DNA of 64,000 bases from Bacillota bacterium. GTDB lineage: Bacteria > Bacillota > UBA4882 > JBLNCG01. Every line of letters begins with the position of its first letter. Within the stretch, counting starts at the first letter, position 1. The stretch spans positions 12,135 to 76,134 of the forward strand of contig JBLNCG010000055.1 in assembly GCA_050260475.1 (NCBI GenBank). The letters are read 5' to 3'. The notes under the pieces are model-generated. The model saw only the letters and a program-made list of their open reading frames with translations, did no database searches and was not told the origin of the DNA. Position numbers and translations under genes: made by a program. Positions 60,299 through 64,000 of the stretch are shown in pieces.

Positions 60299-60373
60299 TG
60301 GTGGGCCCACCTGGGATTGAACCAGGGACCGATCGGTTATGAGCCGACTGCTCTACCGCTGAGCTATGGGCCC
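60299..60373 (-). tRNA. tRNA with CAT anticodon, probably tRNA-Ile2 (lysidine)
   Basis: GGGCCCA acceptor stem, CTCATAA loop, encoded CCA; no initiator features. Confidence 0.9.
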
Positions 60374-60428
60374 GAAACATAAATATAAGTGTAAATTGAA
60401 AAATTTTTTAAAACGCGAATTCTGATAA

Positions 60429-60545
60429 GAGCAATTTGCGTTGTTGTGACAATTTTACGTCTTGCTAAATATCGATAGCCTAATGGCAACCATACACTAT
60501 ATTAAGCGGCAAGACCGTAAATTAAGGTAACAACGCAATTGCTTC
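60429..60545 (-). mobile_element. Palindromic MITE-like element, copy 10 (between two tRNAs)
   Basis: Full-length (3-bp deletion); perfect 5-bp duplication GATAA (60424-60428 and 60546-60550). Confidence 0.88.
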
Positions 60546-60605
60546 GATAAAAAGAAAAGTATATTGCCCCTGACTCCTTTTCTCTTTACCCTTTTATGCA
60601 ATAAA

Positions 60606-60680
60606 TGGCTCCCCGAGCTGGATTCGAACCAGCAACCTACCGGTTAACAGCCGGTTGCTCTACCGTTGAGCTATCGAGGA
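60606..60680 (-). tRNA. tRNA-Asn(GTT)
   Basis: TCCTCGA acceptor stem, CTGTTAA loop, encoded CCA; TTGACC-N17-TATAAT promoter at 60699-60727. Confidence 0.97.
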
Positions 60681-60818
60681 GCATCAAGGACACTAAATAT
60701 TATACACAAAATAAATTGCGCGGTCAATGGGCATGCGTTTATTTTTTTTATGCTTTGCAAACGGAATGCATTTTATTGTCTCCATTTGGGCGATTATTAT
60801 TTATGACGATGATCATGG

Positions 60819-61508
60819 CTATAAACCGCTCTTTATTTCATTTTCCAGCACTTCCAAAAAATTCTCCATAAAAGCATGCCTACCCAAAGCCATATCCCGC
60901 GCGGTTTTTGTAAAAAGCCTTTCCTTGATGTATCGGTATTTGATTGCCCATTCCCGCTGCAGGGAATCGTATTCCGGTTTTTTCAACCCGGGATCGAACT
61001 TGCCCCACATCTCAGGATCACCGTAAACCGGGCCGCCGTGTTCACCCAGCCACAAGTATGAACGCGCGATGCCGATCGCCCCCAGGCTGTCCAACTTATC
61101 CGCATCAAAAAGGCACCGGGCTTCCAGGGACAAAGGCTTTTTCCCGCCCCGATAACGGTGAGAATCGATGCAATGGATGATTCTTTTAATGGCGATTAGG
61201 GGCGTCCCCTTCTGCAGCAACAAACCCTTTGCCATGGCGGCGCTTACCTCCGCGTGACAAAGCTCTCCCTCCGATTCCTCCTCCTTGGGCCTCCCCATAT
61301 CATGCAGCAACGCCGCCAGGCCGAGGATGTAAAGGTCCGCCCCCTCACCCGCGCCAATGCGCATGGCGCTATGAAAAACCCTTTGAATGTGGGAAAAATC
61401 GTGACTGGGAGGAAATGACCGGTAATATGGTTCCACGTCGGCGAACCACTTTTCCCATTTTATCTGGGGCATTGATGCGTACCTCTTTCGACTTCTATTC
61501 ATCTCCAT
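60819..61508 (-). CDS. HD-domain phosphohydrolase
   Basis: HDFSHIQRV, AALLHD and DADKLDSLGAIGIAR motifs. Confidence 0.9.
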   Translation of the reverse strand: MEMNRSRKRYASMPQIKWEKWFADVEPYYRSFPPSHDFSHIQRVFHSAMRIGAGEGADLYILGLAALLHDMGRPKEEESEGELCHAEVSAAMAKGLLLQKGTPLIAIKRIIHCIDSHRYRGGKKPLSLEARCLFDADKLDSLGAIGIARSYLWLGEHGGPVYGDPEMWGKFDPGLKKPEYDSLQREWAIKYRYIKERLFTKTARDMALGRHAFMENFLEVLENEIKSGL

Positions 61509-62337
61509 CCCGGGGCGGAGCGGATGATTTTTTCCGATATTCCCTGGGTGAGGCGCCTTTGATCTTCTTGAACATCTTTGAAAGCTCCAGCGGATCCTTA
61601 TAACCTACGGAACGCGCAATGGCTCCGACGGAAAGCGAGGTTCCCCGCATCAACTCACAAGCCTTGTCCATGCGGTACCGGATGAGATATTGCTGGGGTG
61701 AAATATTCAGATACGCCTTGAAAACGGCGCAGAAATAACTCCGGTCCAGCCCCAGATAGTTTGAAATATCGGCAACGGCAATATCCCTGGAGTAATTTTT
61801 CGCGATAAACTCCATGGCTTTTACCACATAATATTCCTTGCGATCTCCGGCCTGTTTCGGCGTATAATGGGAAGCCTCCGTCAGATGCGACAGAAAAAGG
61901 TAGAGGAATCCCAAAAGACGGATTTCCCTGCCTTTTTGTATTTTTTGCGCCTCCACCATCTGGGCGAGACAAAAGTCAAGCGCATTATCCCTGTCATAAG
62001 TAAATATCGGATTGTCCCGGGTGAGGTTGATTTGATCCAGGTACAGTTTGGCCTTCAACCCGTGAAAGCCGACCCAGGAATAGCTCCATGGCTCGGAGGC
62101 GTCGGCCTGATAATAAGTAATCACCCCGGGGCAGATCAGAAAACCCTGCGTCTTATGCAGACGATAGGAACGGCCGTCCACTTCATAGATCCCGGCGCCG
62201 CTCCGGATATAATGGATCAAATAATGATCCCTCAGCCCGGGACCATAAGAATGACCGGACTCACAATCCTGCGTACCACATTGATACATATTCAGTTCGG
62301 GTGAAAACGGGCCCGAACCGTGATAATTTTCAAACAT
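61495..62337 (-). CDS. AraC-family regulator (MsmR/MelR-like)
   Basis: N-terminal cupin (HSYGP..RDHYLIHY, PWSYSWVGF) plus a double HTH; divergent from melA. Confidence 0.9.
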   Translation of the reverse strand: MFENYHGSGPFSPELNMYQCGTQDCESGHSYGPGLRDHYLIHYIRSGAGIYEVDGRSYRLHKTQGFLICPGVITYYQADASEPWSYSWVGFHGLKAKLYLDQINLTRDNPIFTYDRDNALDFCLAQMVEAQKIQKGREIRLLGFLYLFLSHLTEASHYTPKQAGDRKEYYVVKAMEFIAKNYSRDIAVADISNYLGLDRSYFCAVFKAYLNISPQQYLIRYRMDKACELMRGTSLSVGAIARSVGYKDPLELSKMFKKIKGASPREYRKKSSAPPRDGDE

Positions 62338-62493
62338 ATATTTTACCGTTTCTTCGTAATATTTAATTTACACCCAACATTATACCATATTTATAACACA
62401 TGATGCCATTTACATCAATGATAATCCAATTAAAATAATAAGGAGATGGTTTCATCGCCGCATGAGCAACTCATCATGAAAGGAGCGATCTTT

Positions 62494-63816
62494 ATGAGAA
62501 AAATCGCCTTTATCGGGGCCGGCAGTTTCGGCTTCACCCGGGAGCTGGTGAAGGATTTGATGACCTATCCCGCCATGGCGGACAGCCATATTGCCCTGAT
62601 GGATATCAATACGGAGCGCCTTTCTTACATTAAAAAGGCAGTGGATAAGATTGTGGCGGCCGGAAATTATCCCGCCAGGGTTACCGCCACCACCGACAGG
62701 ATAGAGGCGCTGGAAAACGCCGACGGCGTCGTGTCCACCATTCTTGTGGGAGAAGTGGATGTCTGGCGGCATGATATCGAGATCCCCAAGAAATACGGCG
62801 TGGATATCAACATCGGGGATACCCGGGGACCGTCGGGAATTTTCCGGGCGTTGCGCACCATACCCGTAATGCTGGACATCTGCAGGGACATCGAACGATG
62901 CTGCCCGCAAGCGGTCTTCCTCAACTATACCAATCCCATGGCCATGCTGTGCCGGGCCATGCAGGGAGAGACCAAAGTGAACGTAACCGGGTTGTGCCAC
63001 AGCGTCCAGGGGACCGCCGAAATGCTGGCAAAATGGATCGGCGCCCCTATGAATGAAATAACATACCTTTGCGCCGGCATCAACCATCAGGCGTGGTACC
63101 TGAATTATAGATGGAACGGCAGGGACGCCTACCCTCTGATCCGTGAAGCGTTGAAAAAACCGGAGATCTACAATGAAGAAATAGTCCGCAATGAAATGTT
63201 CCTCCACCTGGATTATTACATCACGGAATCCAGCGGGCACAACTCCGAATATAACGCCTGGTTCAGGAAAAGGCCGGATTTGATCGAAAAATATTGCACC
63301 CACGGCACCGGTTGGAATCCGGGAGTATACGGCTATATCCTGGACGCCTACCTAAAGCGGGAGAATACCTGGAAAAAGGATATCGAGGACTGGTTGGCAA
63401 AACCCGACGTGAATTTAAAATGCGGACATGAATATGCCGCCAATATTTTTAACGCTACTATCGGTGACGGCTCCATGTATGAATTCAACGGCAACGTACG
63501 CAACTTCGGGCTCATCGACAACCTCCCGGAAGGATGCTGCGTGGAAGTGCCGGTCATCGCGTCCAAACGCGGCATCAGCCCCATGCATGTCGGACCGCTT
63601 CCCGCGCAACTCGCCATCCTGAACAACATCAGCGCCCGCTGCGAGGAACTGGCCGTGGAAGGCTCGATAACCGGCGATCCCAGGAAAATCTACCATGCAA
63701 TCTGTTATGATCCGCTCACATCGGCCGTTTTAAGCCTCGCGGAAATCCGGGAAATGGTGAACGAGATGTTCGAGGCCAACCGGGAATGGCTGCCGCAGTT
63801 CAAGCATAAGACCTGA
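62494..63816 (+). CDS. melA: GH4 alpha-galactosidase
   Basis: [39 protein letters not shown] and TESS.H..EY motifs; start at ATG 62494. Confidence 0.88.
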   Translation: MRKIAFIGAGSFGFTRELVKDLMTYPAMADSHIALMDINTERLSYIKKAVDKIVAAGNYPARVTATTDRIEALENADGVVSTILVGEVDVWRHDIEIPKKYGVDINIGDTRGPSGIFRALRTIPVMLDICRDIERCCPQAVFLNYTNPMAMLCRAMQGETKVNVTGLCHSVQGTAEMLAKWIGAPMNEITYLCAGINHQAWYLNYRWNGRDAYPLIREALKKPEIYNEEIVRNEMFLHLDYYITESSGHNSEYNAWFRKRPDLIEKYCTHGTGWNPGVYGYILDAYLKRENTWKKDIEDWLAKPDVNLKCGHEYAANIFNATIGDGSMYEFNGNVRNFGLIDNLPEGCCVEVPVIASKRGISPMHVGPLPAQLAILNNISARCEELAVEGSITGDPRKIYHAICYDPLTSAVLSLAEIREMVNEMFEANREWLPQFKHKT

Positions 63817-64000
63817 TTCTTACGATTTCGGCACTACGATGCCGGTCATCTCGAATCTTACCACCGGTGTCACCGATTGTTGGAGAAAGAAATTTCATAA
63901 ACAGTAATGTGACGTTTTCCGATAAAACTTCATCGTTATCACTTCGGTTAAGTTTACTCAAGTCTTCGACTGAAGTCGAGGGGTTTCCTCCCAGATATGG

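Noticed and set aside
60299-60373. Initiator tRNA-fMet
   Set aside because: It has a paired G1-C72 and lacks three consecutive G-C pairs in the anticodon stem.
62452-63303. 283-aa minus-strand ORF
   Set aside because: It is an antisense shadow of melA. The same applies to the many other opposite-strand ORFs inside identified genes.

Overview
This is core chromosomal DNA from an anaerobic, endospore-forming Bacillota (Firmicutes) bacterium. Housekeeping content: a T-box-regulated archaeal-type aspS, a 2-oxoacid:ferredoxin oxidoreductase (vor-type) operon, a membrane pyrophosphatase directly upstream of a complete Na+-type V/A-ATPase operon, rpiB-ywlE-mntP-sua5, folP-folK-queD, rex, rnpB, four tRNAs, Nif3/zinc-ribbon genes and an AraC-melA pair. 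Sporulation content: two CotS-family genes, a stand-alone GerE-like regulator, SspH, small coat-like proteins, a Spo0A paralog with an altered recognition helix behind a SigH-type promoter, and a ~14 kb glycan locus with four paralogous glycosyltransferases; several of these genes have SigK-type promoters. The clearest unexplained structure is a ~120-bp nested-palindrome element present in 10 copies (8 full-length, 2 halves). It has GAG...CTC consensus termini, 4-5 bp target-site duplications, covarying stem pairs and no transposase in the window. One copy has rewritten the C-terminus of V-ATPase subunit E, and a half copy sits at the truncation point of a decayed acetyl-CoA synthase gene. All calls come from reading the sequence and recalled family motifs; no database searches were run.
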